Of a stretch of DNA of 64,000 nucleotides, positions 19,467-30,732 are shown in pieces; position 1 is the stretch's first letter, and the number at the start of each line of letters is the position of its first letter. Source of the stretch: a bacterium. Lineage in GTDB: Bacteria > Desulfobacterota > DSWW01. The notes under the pieces are model-generated. The model was not told where the DNA came from. It saw only the letters and a list, made by a program, of their open reading frames with translations, and searched no databases. The DNA lies in the NCBI GenBank assembly GCA_040756235.1, contig JBFLZG010000024.1, positions 1 through 64,000 of the forward strand, written 5' to 3'. The position numbers and the translations under genes are program-made.

Positions 19467-19977
19467 GTATTATCTGCTCCAGGATGCGGCGCGCTGCACC
19501 GGCTGCCTGGGCTGCCAGGTGCACTGCAAGACGGCCAAGGGCCTGGGGCCGGGCCCGGTCCCGTGCGCCAACCTGACCGTCGTGCCGGCGCAGGCCGGCG
19601 GCCTCCCGGCCGTCCGGTTCGTGTTCATGGCCTGCTTCCACTGCGAGGAGCCCTGGTGCCTGAGCGCCTGCCCGTCCGGCGCGATCCGCAAGCGGCCGGA
19701 CGACGGCATCGTCTTCATCGACCCCAAGACCTGCGTGGGCTGCAAGAGCTGCATCGTCGCCTGCCCGTGGGGCGCCTGCCAGTGGAACCCGGTCACCAGA
19801 AAGGCGGTGAAGTGCGACTATTGCATGGACCGGATCGATGAGGGCCTGCGTCCCGCGTGCGTGACCAAGTGCCTGACCGGGTGCCTGGAGTTCGGCGTGG
19901 CGGAGGCCCTTCCGGACGACCGCCGGCGCCGGTATGCCCGCCTGGTCGCCGGCCGCAGCCCGGAGAGCTGCCGCTAG
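19459..19977 (+). CDS. 4Fe-4S dicluster subunit (PsrB/DmsB-like)
   Basis: CTGCLGCQVHC, CFHCEEPWCLSACP, CVGCKSCIVACPW and KCDYC..PACVTKC. Confidence 0.93.
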   Translation: MSRYYLLQDAARCTGCLGCQVHCKTAKGLGPGPVPCANLTVVPAQAGGLPAVRFVFMACFHCEEPWCLSACPSGAIRKRPDDGIVFIDPKTCVGCKSCIVACPWGACQWNPVTRKAVKCDYCMDRIDEGLRPACVTKCLTGCLEFGVAEALPDDRRRRYARLVAGRSPESCR

Positions 19978-20022
19978 AGGATGCCGGTCCTCCGGTCCCC
20001 GGGGGTTGTGAGGAGCTGATCG

Positions 20023-22230
20023 ATGAAGAGCCTCTCCTGCCCGGTCCGCGCCGCCCGCGATCTGATTGCGGAAACCCTGAGCTCGCGCACGGCCCCGGAT
20101 GGCGAGCTGAGAGACGGGCTGGCGCGCCTCCTCCGGTTTCTCGAAGACGTCGCACAGGGAGCCGCGTCGCCGGAGCGGTCGGAGCCTGCCCGCCGGCTGG
20201 CGAGCGACCTCTCGTCCCGGACGATCGACCGCCCCGGCTGGCATGACGCAGTGGCTGCCGCCTCTCGCGTTTTCGCACACGAGGACGTCCTCCGAAGCCA
20301 TCTGGAAGACCACTTGTGTCCGGCCGGCGAGTGCACGACCCTGGTTCCGGCGCCCTGCCGATCGGCCTGCCCTGCCGGGGTGGACGTGCCCGCATACGTG
20401 GCGCTGACCGGCCTGCGGCGCTACGGGGACGCGCTGGAAGTCCTCCGGGAGGACCTCCCGCTGCCGGGCGTGCTCGGTCGCGTCTGTGTGCGGCCCTGCG
20501 AGACGGCTTGCGCGCGGACCTCCCTCGACGCACCCATCGCGATCTGCCGCCTCAAACGCGTTGCCTTCGACGAAGCCTCTCGGGAAGGGGATGCTCCGGG
20601 GAGACCTCCACGGCGAGGCTTTGCGGAAAAAGTGGCGGTCGTCGGAAGCGGCCCGGCCGGGCTCTCGGCAGCCTACTTCCTGGCGCGGCGGGGCTACCGG
20701 CCGGTCATCTTCGAGTCCATGCCCGAGCCGGGGGGCATGCTCCGCTGGACGATTCCTGCTTACCGTCTCCCCCGCCACGTCCTGCGGCGGGACATCGACT
20801 TCATCCTGGCCCAGGGAGTCCGGATCCGAACCGGGCTCGCCCTGGGCAGAGACATCACCCTCGAGAGCCTGAGGGACCGGGGGTACGCGGCCTTCTTTCT
20901 GGGACTGGGGGCCTGGTCCGGCAGGCCTTTGCGCGTGGCGGGAGAGGACAGTCCGGCCGTTGTGGACGGTCTCACGTTCCTGCGGCACGGGAGCCTCGGG
21001 CCGGCACAAGCAGGCGCGCGAGTCGTGGTGGTCGGGGGCGGGAACGCGGCGATCGACTGCGCGCGCACGGCCCTGCGCCTGGGCGGAGGGGCGGTGCAGG
21101 TCGTGTACAGAAGGGCGCGGGAGCAGATGCCGGCGCACCGAGAGGAGGTGGAGGCCGCCGAACAGGAGGGAGTGCACATCTCGTTTCTCTCCTCCCCGAT
21201 CAGGATCCGCACGGCGGAAGGCAGGCTCGCGGGTCTCGAGTGCATCCGCAACGAGCTGTGCGAACCCGACGGCACGGGCCGCAGGCGCCCCGTCGCCGTC
21301 GCAGGCTCCGAGTTCTTCATCCCGGCCGACATGGTCATCCGGGCAATCGGGCAGACGCCGGATCGGGCTTCCGTGGAAGCCGTTCCGGGCCTGGAGCTCA
21401 CCCGCAGCGGGCTCGTGGCCGTGCGCCCGGAAACGATGGAGACCTCTCTGCCCGGGGTCTTTGCAGGCGGCGACGTGGTCAGCGGCCCCGCGAGCGTGAT
21501 CGAGGCGGTCGCAGCCGGCAAGAGCGCGGCCGAGGCCATCCATCGCTACCTGCGCAGGCTCCCCAGACCTGCCTTCGGGTTGCTTCCGGGGACCCGCAGG
21601 CAGGTTCCCCCTTTGCGCACTTCGGCGCAGGAAAGGGAGTACCCCCTCCCCCCCCGTTTGCTCCGGATCGGAATCGACCGAAGGCGGCAATCGTTCGACG
21701 AGGTCGACCTGCGACTGACCGCCGGCGATGCGGCGCGGGAAGCGACGCGCTGTCTGCGATGCGACGTGTGCATCCGGTGCGGGCGCTGCGTCGAGGTCTG
21801 CCGCGACTCCCTGGGGATCGATGCCCTTCATCTCTTCCGCATCATGCAGGATCCGCAGGACGAGGCGGGTGCGAGGGGAATCACAGCGGCCAAGCTCGAC
21901 TTCTCCCGGGCGGCCGAGCGGTGCATCGGATGCGCTGCCTGCGCCGAGAGCTGCCCGACCGGCGCCCTGACCGTGGAAGAGGCGAACGGCCGGCGGACCC
22001 TGCGCCACTGCGGCGCGGAGGTCAGCCGCAACCGGCTGGTGCGCTGTGCCGGATGCGGCGCGCCTTTCGCCACCGAAAGACAGCTTCTTTTCATTTCAGA
22101 AAGGGAGAGCAGCCGGATCCGTCCCGTCGCGCCGAGGGCGTTCTGCCCCGCTTGCGCCCGAGGATCGACCGCGAGAGACCTGGCCGGGGGCTGGTGCGAA
22201 TGCCGCTGGGAGCAGGGGCAGGGGATTTGA
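20023..22230 (+). CDS. NAD(P)H-dependent FAD/FeS oxidoreductase (GltD/SfrB/NfnB-like) with degenerate N-terminal NuoF-C-like domain and C-terminal ferredoxin
   Basis: CPAGEC..APCRSACPAGVD, GRVCVRPCE, VGSGPAGLS, GGGNAAIDCAR, YRRAREQMPA and GGDVVSGP; two C-terminal CxxCxxC motifs. Confidence 0.88.
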   Translation: MKSLSCPVRAARDLIAETLSSRTAPDGELRDGLARLLRFLEDVAQGAASPERSEPARRLASDLSSRTIDRPGWHDAVAAASRVFAHEDVLRSHLEDHLCPAGECTTLVPAPCRSACPAGVDVPAYVALTGLRRYGDALEVLREDLPLPGVLGRVCVRPCETACARTSLDAPIAICRLKRVAFDEASREGDAPGRPPRRGFAEKVAVVGSGPAGLSAAYFLARRGYRPVIFESMPEPGGMLRWTIPAYRLPRHVLRRDIDFILAQGVRIRTGLALGRDITLESLRDRGYAAFFLGLGAWSGRPLRVAGEDSPAVVDGLTFLRHGSLGPAQAGARVVVVGGGNAAIDCARTALRLGGGAVQVVYRRAREQMPAHREEVEAAEQEGVHISFLSSPIRIRTAEGRLAGLECIRNELCEPDGTGRRRPVAVAGSEFFIPADMVIRAIGQTPDRASVEAVPGLELTRSGLVAVRPETMETSLPGVFAGGDVVSGPASVIEAVAAGKSAAEAIHRYLRRLPRPAFGLLPGTRRQVPPLRTSAQEREYPLPPRLLRIGIDRRRQSFDEVDLRLTAGDAAREATRCLRCDVCIRCGRCVEVCRDSLGIDALHLFRIMQDPQDEAGARGITAAKLDFSRAAERCIGCAACAESCPTGALTVEEANGRRTLRHCGAEVSRNRLVRCAGCGAPFATERQLLFISERESSRIRPVAPRAFCPACARGSTARDLAGGWCECRWEQGQGI

Positions 22231-22333
22231 AATTGACAAGCCGGAGCGAAGGTGAAAGACTCTGGGCCTGCTCGGCCGGGGGGCGGATCCGCGCCGCCTC
22301 CCCGCGGTCCTGAACACCTCAGAGGCGTTTTTC

Positions 22334-23266
22334 ATGCTCTCCTCGCTCGTCGTACGGCACAGGGAAGAAGGGCTCGTGCTTCCTCCACCCGCCCCGGGTC
22401 GCGTCAGGGCGTGCAGCTGTCGCAGCGCGGGGCTTGCCGCCTTGCTCCTGATGGCTGCCTTGAGCCTGGTCTGCAGCGCTCACGCCGCCACGTCCGAGAA
22501 CACTGCCGCCGAGGTCGCCTCTTACCAGAACCCCTCCGAGGGCATTCTCGCGCTGCGCGTCGCGGACGGAAGGCTCAGCCTCGAGACCCGGGACGCCTCT
22601 CTCGATAAAGTCCTGCAGGAGCTCTCCCGCCAGGGGGACCTGAAAATTCTCTCGGACGGCCCGCTGGAAGGCCGCGTCACCCTGAGGATCGAGGAGCTTC
22701 CGCTGGAGACGGCCATAAGGAAGATCCTGAGGCAGAAGGGGGTGACGTTCGTCTACGCCGCCCCGAAGCAGGGCGCCGCCCCTGATGACTACCTCTTGAA
22801 GGAAGTGAGGATCTTCCTCCCGGAGGGGAAAGACAGCTCGAGCCGGGTCTACTCGTACTCGAAGGCCCCCCCAGGGCCTCCGGCTCAACAGGCACGGTCG
22901 CGGCCTTTCGCCCGGCCGGAAGCCGCACGGGCTCGCAGGGAGGCCCCCCCGCCGCCGCCTCCTCCGGCGCCACCGCCCGCAGACCCTTCTGCCGAAGAGG
23001 CGGAGGAGCCCGTCGAGGCCCTGACCGAGGCCAACTTCGACGAGCTCGACGAAGTGGTGGAGCGCCTGAAGCGGGAAAATCCCCAGGTCCAGGACCAGAT
23101 CGATCAGTTCCTGGAGTCTCTCGAAGAAGCCAAGGAAAGGGCCCGCGAGTCCGGCCGCCCGTTCCCGCCCATGGAGAACCTCGGGGAACTGGGAACGATG
23201 ATGCAGGAGATGATGAAGAGCCAGGGCGCTCCCCCGCCCCTCGGGGAAGAAGAAGAGGAAGAATGA
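22334..23266 (+). CDS. Hypothetical exported protein with secretin/STN-like domain and Pro-rich linker (start uncertain)
   Basis: Signal-like LAALLLMAALSLVCSAHA; LSLETRDASLDKVLQELS..VTLRIEELPLETAIRKIL resembles secretin N0/STN domains. Confidence 0.6.
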   Translation: MLSSLVVRHREEGLVLPPPAPGRVRACSCRSAGLAALLLMAALSLVCSAHAATSENTAAEVASYQNPSEGILALRVADGRLSLETRDASLDKVLQELSRQGDLKILSDGPLEGRVTLRIEELPLETAIRKILRQKGVTFVYAAPKQGAAPDDYLLKEVRIFLPEGKDSSSRVYSYSKAPPGPPAQQARSRPFARPEAARARREAPPPPPPPAPPPADPSAEEAEEPVEALTEANFDELDEVVERLKRENPQVQDQIDQFLESLEEAKERARESGRPFPPMENLGELGTMMQEMMKSQGAPPPLGEEEEEE

Positions 23267-23294
23267 CAGAGGGCCGGCGCGCAAGCCGGTCCGC

Positions 23295-24785
<1,491 letters not shown>

Positions 24786-24878
24786 CCGCGATCTCCTTTG
24801 CATGAAATCCGGCGCGCGGCGGCCGGGCCCCGCCTCGGCCCACTCTAGCCGGAGAAAGCTCGGATTGACAACTTTCGG

Positions 24879-25030
24879 CAGGGCGACCGGCCGGTCGTCC
24901 TTACAAGATCCCGCGCCGAGCGCAGGCCGGAATCCAGTGGGCCCGTCATCCCCGCAAACCCCGGGTCGAGTCCGGGCAGGCGCGGGAATCCCGCACCCTC
25001 GCAGGCCGGAACCCGGTCGCCCCTGCAAGG
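24879..25030. repeat. REP-like palindrome cluster in a divergent intergenic region
   Basis: GGGCGACCGGCCGGTCGTCCTTAC; CCGGAATCCAG; GTCATCCCCGC...GCGGGAATCC; GGTCGCCCCTGC. Confidence 0.6.
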
Positions 25031-25116
25031 CTCTCTTCGCCTTGACATCCCCCAGGGCCCCTCCTAGGATCGGTCTGCCCCGCCCGGGCGCCCACATCCA
25101 CAGAGGACGCTCTCCT

Positions 25117-26916
25117 TTGCAGAGACAACGGACGACGATCCCCACCCCCATTCCACAACCTTCGGTCGCCGTCACCGGGCTCCTGCTCCTCGCGGTCTTC
25201 GCGGCCGGAGCCTTTCTCCGGTTCCGGAACATCACCCAGTACGAGCCGTTCATTGCCGACGAAGCGGCCTACCAGCTCGAAGCGAGGTACCTTTACAGCC
25301 TTGTTCAGAACGCCTGGGAGAGCCTCCGGCTCCAGCAGTCGGAACGCCAGAGCGGCGAGGACCTGTGGAAGCGGGACAACGAGGCCAAGCGATTCCGCGA
25401 AGACCTGGAGGGGCGCGCTCCGTGGTACGCACGGCCCGGCCACGTCTATCTGGTGGCATTGGGCATGGCGATCCTGGGGCCGGACACGGTCTACCTGGGC
25501 GGCCTGATCTCCGCGCTGTTCGGGACCCTCTCGATCCCGCTCGTGTTCGGCGTGACCGCCCGGCTCTACCAGCGCCGCGCCGGGCTGATCGCCGCCGCCC
25601 TGTTCGGCCTGTCCGGCTACCAGGTGGCTTACTCCCACTCGGGCCTGACCGAACAGGACTCCCTCTTCTTCGTCCTGCTGGCCGCCCTGGCGTACGTGTC
25701 CGGCAGGGGCCGAGAACCCGGATACCGGAGGCGGACGCTCTTTCTGGCCGGGCTCGCCCTGGGCGCGGCCTTCGTGTTCCACTACCGCACCCTCACGTTC
25801 GTGCTCGCTTTCCTGTTGTGGGAAGCCTTTCTGGAGCCGTACGGCGAACGCGGCGGCGGGCGCGAGCGGCTGAAGAGCCTTCTCCTGCTCTCGTGCGGGC
25901 TTCTGATACCGATCGTGCTGACCGAGGTGCCTTACTACTTTCTCACGCTCGCGGTCCACTTTCTGTTCAAGGCCGCGCTGCCCTTCCAGACCTACTTCGA
26001 ACAGCTCATCGGCCAGGTCTTCGTCTCGATCTACACGAACCTGCTCTCCACGCAGAAGGCGTTCAGCTTCGGCAACGTCCTCACGTACCCGTTCCTTTCC
26101 TGGAAGCTCGAGGGCCCACTGTACCCTCTCCTTCTGGCCGTGTCGCTCGCGGTCTGCATCGCCCGCAGGAGGCCCGCGGACAAATGGGCGGCTTTCTTTT
26201 TCCTCTTCCCTTTTTTCGTGTGCACCTTCCTCCAGCCCAGGGCGAGGTACGCCTGCGGCTTCCTGGCCTTCGGAACGGTCCTGATGGGAGCGGTCCTGGC
26301 GGTGGCGGCCCGCAAGTCCTTCGGGTCCCGCCAGGTGGGAAGGCTGCTGCTGATCGGTCTCTTCCTGGGCGTGGCTGCGACCGGCGCCTTGCACGCCTTC
26401 CGCGCCGGCGATTCGAGCCTGAGCTACCGGCGCGCAACGGACTTCATCCGTTCCCAGGGCGGCCTCCGGCACGTTGCTTCCTATCCCCTTCTGTCTCAGG
26501 TGTACGTGGGCGTGAAGAACGTGCCCGACGCCTGGCCTCAGTCGGCTGAAGAGTTGGAGAGGCTCTACGGGCTCGGGCACAGATTCGTGGTGATGGACCT
26601 TCTCAAGGACGCGGCCGGCCTGTTCCTGGAACCGTACGACGTCCAGAGCAGTCCAAGCTTCCGAGACCGTCTGGATCTCATGAACAGGATCGAGGAGCAG
26701 CTGAACCCGGCCTGCACGGTGGAAAACCTGCACGTTGCGCCCATCCAGAACCTCTTCGAAGTCAACCACAACTTCTTCAAGACCCTTTCCTACTATCGCG
26801 CGATGGAGCAGACGCCGCGCATGCGGCGGATCCGCGTGTTCGATCTGAAGGAGTTGTTCGAGAAACCTCCGGTTGCCCCCCCTGCAGCCGCGGAAAGGAA
26901 CGATCATGTCGGCTGA
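25117..26916 (+). CDS. GT-C fold glycosyltransferase (ArnT/PMT, family 39-like); TTG start inferred
   Basis: Multi-TM; ADEAAY acidic motif after TM1; RPGHVYL and [10 protein letters not shown]. Confidence 0.75.
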   Translation: MQRQRTTIPTPIPQPSVAVTGLLLLAVFAAGAFLRFRNITQYEPFIADEAAYQLEARYLYSLVQNAWESLRLQQSERQSGEDLWKRDNEAKRFREDLEGRAPWYARPGHVYLVALGMAILGPDTVYLGGLISALFGTLSIPLVFGVTARLYQRRAGLIAAALFGLSGYQVAYSHSGLTEQDSLFFVLLAALAYVSGRGREPGYRRRTLFLAGLALGAAFVFHYRTLTFVLAFLLWEAFLEPYGERGGGRERLKSLLLLSCGLLIPIVLTEVPYYFLTLAVHFLFKAALPFQTYFEQLIGQVFVSIYTNLLSTQKAFSFGNVLTYPFLSWKLEGPLYPLLLAVSLAVCIARRRPADKWAAFFFLFPFFVCTFLQPRARYACGFLAFGTVLMGAVLAVAARKSFGSRQVGRLLLIGLFLGVAATGALHAFRAGDSSLSYRRATDFIRSQGGLRHVASYPLLSQVYVGVKNVPDAWPQSAEELERLYGLGHRFVVMDLLKDAAGLFLEPYDVQSSPSFRDRLDLMNRIEEQLNPACTVENLHVAPIQNLFEVNHNFFKTLSYYRAMEQTPRMRRIRVFDLKELFEKPPVAPPAAAERNDHVG

Positions 26917-29593
26917 ACCCAGGGAGAGGCTGTTCCTCATCGACGGCTCTCACACGCTCTACCGGTCCTACCACGCCATCCGCGTGCTCACCACCTCCAA
27001 GGGCTTTCCGACCAACGCCATCTACGGTTTCCTGCAGATCCTGAACAAGATCGTCAGAGAGCACAGCCCGGAGTACCTGGCCGTGGTGTTCGACGCGCCG
27101 GGCCCCAACTTCCGGCACGAGGCCTATCCGGAGTACAAGGCCAACCGGCCTCCCATGCCCGAAGACCTCTCGGTCCAGATCCCCTGGATCCGCAAGCTCC
27201 TGGAGACCTACCGGGTCCCGTGCGTGGAGCTCCGCGGATACGAGGGCGATGACGTCCTGGCCACCCTCGCGCACCTGGCCAGGCAGAGCGGCCTCGATGC
27301 GGTCCTGGTGACCGGGGACAAGGACCTCTGCCAGATGGTCGAGCCGGGCATCCGCATGCTGGACCCGAAGAGAGACGCGATCGTGGGCCCTGAGGAACTC
27401 GGCTCCGAGTACGGCATCCCCTGCGACAAGCTCCCGGACCTGTTCGCCCTGACGGGCGATTCCATCGACAACCTGCCGGGCGTTCCCGGCGTGGGCCCCA
27501 AGACCGCGGCCGCGCTGCTGCAGCAGTTCGGATCTCTGGATGAGCTTCTCCGGCGGACCGGGGAAATCGAAAAGCCCAGGCTCCGTCAGCTCGTGGAAGA
27601 GCACCGGGAGCGGATCCTCAAGAATCGCACGCTCGTGCGGATCTCTACGGACGTCCCACTCGACCCGGACCTGGAGCGCTTCCGCCGCCAGGCACCCGAC
27701 GCGGCCGGCCTGCGGGAGATCTTTCGCTCTCTGGAGTTCCACCGCCTCCTGGAAGAGCTCCCTGCCGAACGCACCCTCAGGGACGACCTCTACCGGCTCG
27801 TCCTGGACGAGGGCGCCCTGGAGGAGCTCGTCCGGGCCCTGGAAGAAAGTCGTGAAGGATTCGCCCTGGATCTCGAGACGACCTCGAGGAACCCGGCCCT
27901 GGCCGAGCCGGTCGGGATCTCTTTCGCCGTGGACGGAGACCGCGCCTGGTACGTCCCGGTCGGGCACGTGGTTCTGGGCGCGCCCGCCCAACTCCCGCTC
28001 GAGCGCGTGCTGGACCGGCTGCGGCCTCTGCTGGAGGACCCGGGCCGGCCCAAGTTCGGCCAGAACATCAAATACGATCTGCTGGTCCTCAAACGGAAAG
28101 GGGTGGAGGTCGGGGGCGTTGCCTTCGACACCATGCTCGCCTCCTACCTGCTGGATCCTTCGCGCAAGGCCCACGCCCTTGCGGACCTCGCCCTCCAGTT
28201 CTTGCAGCACCGGAAGATCACCTACCAGGAAGTGACCGAGGGCGGGAAAGCGGGCAGGCAGATCGGGTTCGAGGAGGTGGAGCTGGACGCGGCTTCCCGA
28301 TACTCCTGCGAGGACGCCCATGCGACCTACCGGCTCACGCGCATCCTCGGCGACAGGCTCCTGGAAGAAGGGCTGAGCCCGCTCTTTCACGAGATCGAGA
28401 TGCCGCTCATCGAAGTCCTCCTGGATATGGAGTTCCGCGGCATCCGCATCGACGTGCCGTTCTTCAGCGAGCTCGCCGTCGAGTTCCGCCGGCAGCTCGC
28501 CGACCTGGAGAACCGCATCCACGAGATCGCGGGAGAGCCGTTCAACGTGAGCTCCCCCCAGCAGCTTGCCAAGGTCCTGTTCAAGACCCTCCGGCTGCCG
28601 GTGATCAAGAGGACCAAGACCGGACCCGCCACGGACGTGAAGGTGCTGACCCGGCTCGCCGCCGAGCACCCTCTGCCCCGACTCGTGCTCGATTACCGCA
28701 GCGCATCCAAGCTCCTGTCCACCTACGTGGAAGCCCTGCCGCGCCTCGCGGACCCGCTCACGGGAAGGGTCCACACCTGCTTCAACCAGGCCGTTACGGC
28801 CACCGGACGCCTGAGCTCGAGCGATCCGAACCTGCAGAACATCCCGATTCGCACCGCGGAGGGGAGGAGGATCCGCAGGGGCTTCATCCCGGAGGACGGC
28901 AAGCTCCTGATGAGCGCGGACTACAGTCAGATCGAGCTCAGGATCCTGGCCCACGTCTCCGAGGACGAGCGGCTCCTGGAGTCGTTCGCGAACGACGAAG
29001 ACGTCCACACCCGCACGGCGAGCCAGATCTTCGACTGCGATCCGGCCCTGATCTCCGATGACATGAGGAGACAGGCCAAGGTGATCAACTTCGGGGTCAT
29101 CTACGGCATGGGCGCCTACGGGCTGGCGGAGGCGCTGGGGATTCCGCGCAAGACCGCCCAGACCTTCATCGAGCAGTACTTCGCGCACTACGGCGGTGTC
29201 AAGGCCTGGAGGGAAGCGTGTCTGGAACAGTGCAGGGCGAGCGGATACGTGACGACCCTCCTCAACCGCAGGCGGCTCCTGCCCGAGATCGTGTCGAGGG
29301 ACGCGCCGGTGCGCGCACTGGCGGAACGGACCGCGATCAACACGCCGATCCAGGGCACGGCGGCCGACATCATCAAGCTGGCGATGATCCGAATCCACAG
29401 AAGGCTGCGGAGCGATTCCCTGGAGACGCGCATGCTGCTCCAGGTGCACGACGAGCTCGTCTTCGAGGTGCCGGAGGCGGAGCTGGAGCGGGCCCGACAG
29501 CTGGTGCGCGAGGAAATGGAATCGGTGATCCCCCTGAAGGTGAGGCTCAAGGTGGATATCCAGAGCGGCAGAAACTGGAGCGAGGCGCACTAG
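26906..29593 (+). CDS. polA: DNA polymerase I
   Basis: 5'-3' exonuclease (LIDGS, YKANR, GDSIDN); 3'-5' exonuclease (DLETT, QNIKYD, YSCEDA); polymerase (ADYSQIELR, AKVINFG, LQVHDEL). Confidence 0.98.
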   Translation: MSAEPRERLFLIDGSHTLYRSYHAIRVLTTSKGFPTNAIYGFLQILNKIVREHSPEYLAVVFDAPGPNFRHEAYPEYKANRPPMPEDLSVQIPWIRKLLETYRVPCVELRGYEGDDVLATLAHLARQSGLDAVLVTGDKDLCQMVEPGIRMLDPKRDAIVGPEELGSEYGIPCDKLPDLFALTGDSIDNLPGVPGVGPKTAAALLQQFGSLDELLRRTGEIEKPRLRQLVEEHRERILKNRTLVRISTDVPLDPDLERFRRQAPDAAGLREIFRSLEFHRLLEELPAERTLRDDLYRLVLDEGALEELVRALEESREGFALDLETTSRNPALAEPVGISFAVDGDRAWYVPVGHVVLGAPAQLPLERVLDRLRPLLEDPGRPKFGQNIKYDLLVLKRKGVEVGGVAFDTMLASYLLDPSRKAHALADLALQFLQHRKITYQEVTEGGKAGRQIGFEEVELDAASRYSCEDAHATYRLTRILGDRLLEEGLSPLFHEIEMPLIEVLLDMEFRGIRIDVPFFSELAVEFRRQLADLENRIHEIAGEPFNVSSPQQLAKVLFKTLRLPVIKRTKTGPATDVKVLTRLAAEHPLPRLVLDYRSASKLLSTYVEALPRLADPLTGRVHTCFNQAVTATGRLSSSDPNLQNIPIRTAEGRRIRRGFIPEDGKLLMSADYSQIELRILAHVSEDERLLESFANDEDVHTRTASQIFDCDPALISDDMRRQAKVINFGVIYGMGAYGLAEALGIPRKTAQTFIEQYFAHYGGVKAWREACLEQCRASGYVTTLLNRRRLLPEIVSRDAPVRALAERTAINTPIQGTAADIIKLAMIRIHRRLRSDSLETRMLLQVHDELVFEVPEAELERARQLVREEMESVIPLKVRLKVDIQSGRNWSEAH

Positions 29594-29619
29594 AGGAGGT
29601 CGATCAGTCCGATGCTTGA

Positions 29620-29898
29620 TCATCCCGGCCTCGCGGGCACGGGGCGTTGTGAGGGCGACCGCCGGTCGCCCCTACCAGCTGGGATCCCGGAGCGTGTTTC
29701 GTCCTCCCGGCTTCCCGGCAGAGTGTTTTGTAGGGGCGCTGCTTGCTATGCGGTTCTCGCTCCGTCATCCCGGCCTCCCCGGCGCAGGGCATTGCAGGGG
29801 CGACCGCCGGTCGCCCCTGCCCGCTGCGCCCGTCCCGGGATCCTTCGCGGGGAGGGCTGAGAATCTCCGGCCGGGCGACGCATGCGTCGCCCCTGCAG
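29620..29898. repeat. BIME-like cluster of REP palindromes
   Basis: GGGCGACCGCCGGTCGCCCCTAC (about 29653), GTAGGGGCG (29730), GCAGGGGCGACCGCCGGTCGCCCCTGC (29794), GGGCGACGCATGCGTCGCCCCTGC (29873); two TCATCCCGGCCT units. Confidence 0.75.
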
Positions 29899-29910
29899 GG
29901 AAGAGGAAGC

Positions 29911-30732
29911 GTGAAAAGCGGGCGGTTCCTGTGGGGGCTCCTCATCGGCCTCACCCTCGGCAGCTCGGGCTCCTGGCTCCTCCTGGACGCCTCCAGGCCG
30001 GCCGTCTCCACATCGGGCCCCGGCCCGAGCCGGGCTTCCGCCCGGGAGAGCCTGACCACGATCGCAGCGGTGATCGACGGGGACACGATCCGGCTGCAGA
30101 CCGGCGAGTCGGTCCGGCTGCTCGGGATCGACACGCCGGAGAAGGGCGAGCCGTACTTCGAACAGGCGGTGCGATGCACGACGGACCTCGTCCTCGGCCA
30201 GCCGGTGCGGCTCCTGCCCTGCTCGAAACAGAAGCACGACGCCTACGATCGGATCCTGGCCTTCGTGCAGGCAGGCCATCAGGACCCGGGGCTCGAGCTT
30301 CTCGGGCAGGGACTCGCCAGGACCCTGCTGATTCCGCCTTGCGGCCTGGAAAGAGCCGCCCCCTACCGGAAGGCGGAGAGAGAGGCGTTCCGGCGGGAAC
30401 GCGGGATCTGGTCGCAGCAGCCGACCCGGCGGATTCCGCACCAGGAAGCCGGGCGATTCGTCGGTTGCCTCATGACCGTAACCGGCCGGGTCCTCAAGGT
30501 CCACACCGGGCCCAAGGCCGTTCATCTCAACTTCGGAGCGAATGACCGCACGGACTTCACCGCCGTCATTTTTCGCAAGGACCTGGCCGCCCTCCTCCAG
30601 GATGGACTGCAGCCGCCGGCCGAGTATGCAGGGCGCTTGGTGGAGGTCACCGGCTACCTGCGGAGCTACGGCGGCCCGGAGATCATCGTGGACTCTGCAG
30701 ATCAGTTGATCCACCGGGAGGAAGGGTCATGA
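29911..30732 (+). CDS. Thermonuclease (SNase) family protein with C-terminal OB-fold
   Basis: VIDGDTI, VRLLGIDTPE, DAYDRILAFV and RGIW; N-terminal TM; GTG start. Confidence 0.9.
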   Translation: MKSGRFLWGLLIGLTLGSSGSWLLLDASRPAVSTSGPGPSRASARESLTTIAAVIDGDTIRLQTGESVRLLGIDTPEKGEPYFEQAVRCTTDLVLGQPVRLLPCSKQKHDAYDRILAFVQAGHQDPGLELLGQGLARTLLIPPCGLERAAPYRKAEREAFRRERGIWSQQPTRRIPHQEAGRFVGCLMTVTGRVLKVHTGPKAVHLNFGANDRTDFTAVIFRKDLAALLQDGLQPPAEYAGRLVEVTGYLRSYGGPEIIVDSADQLIHREEGS

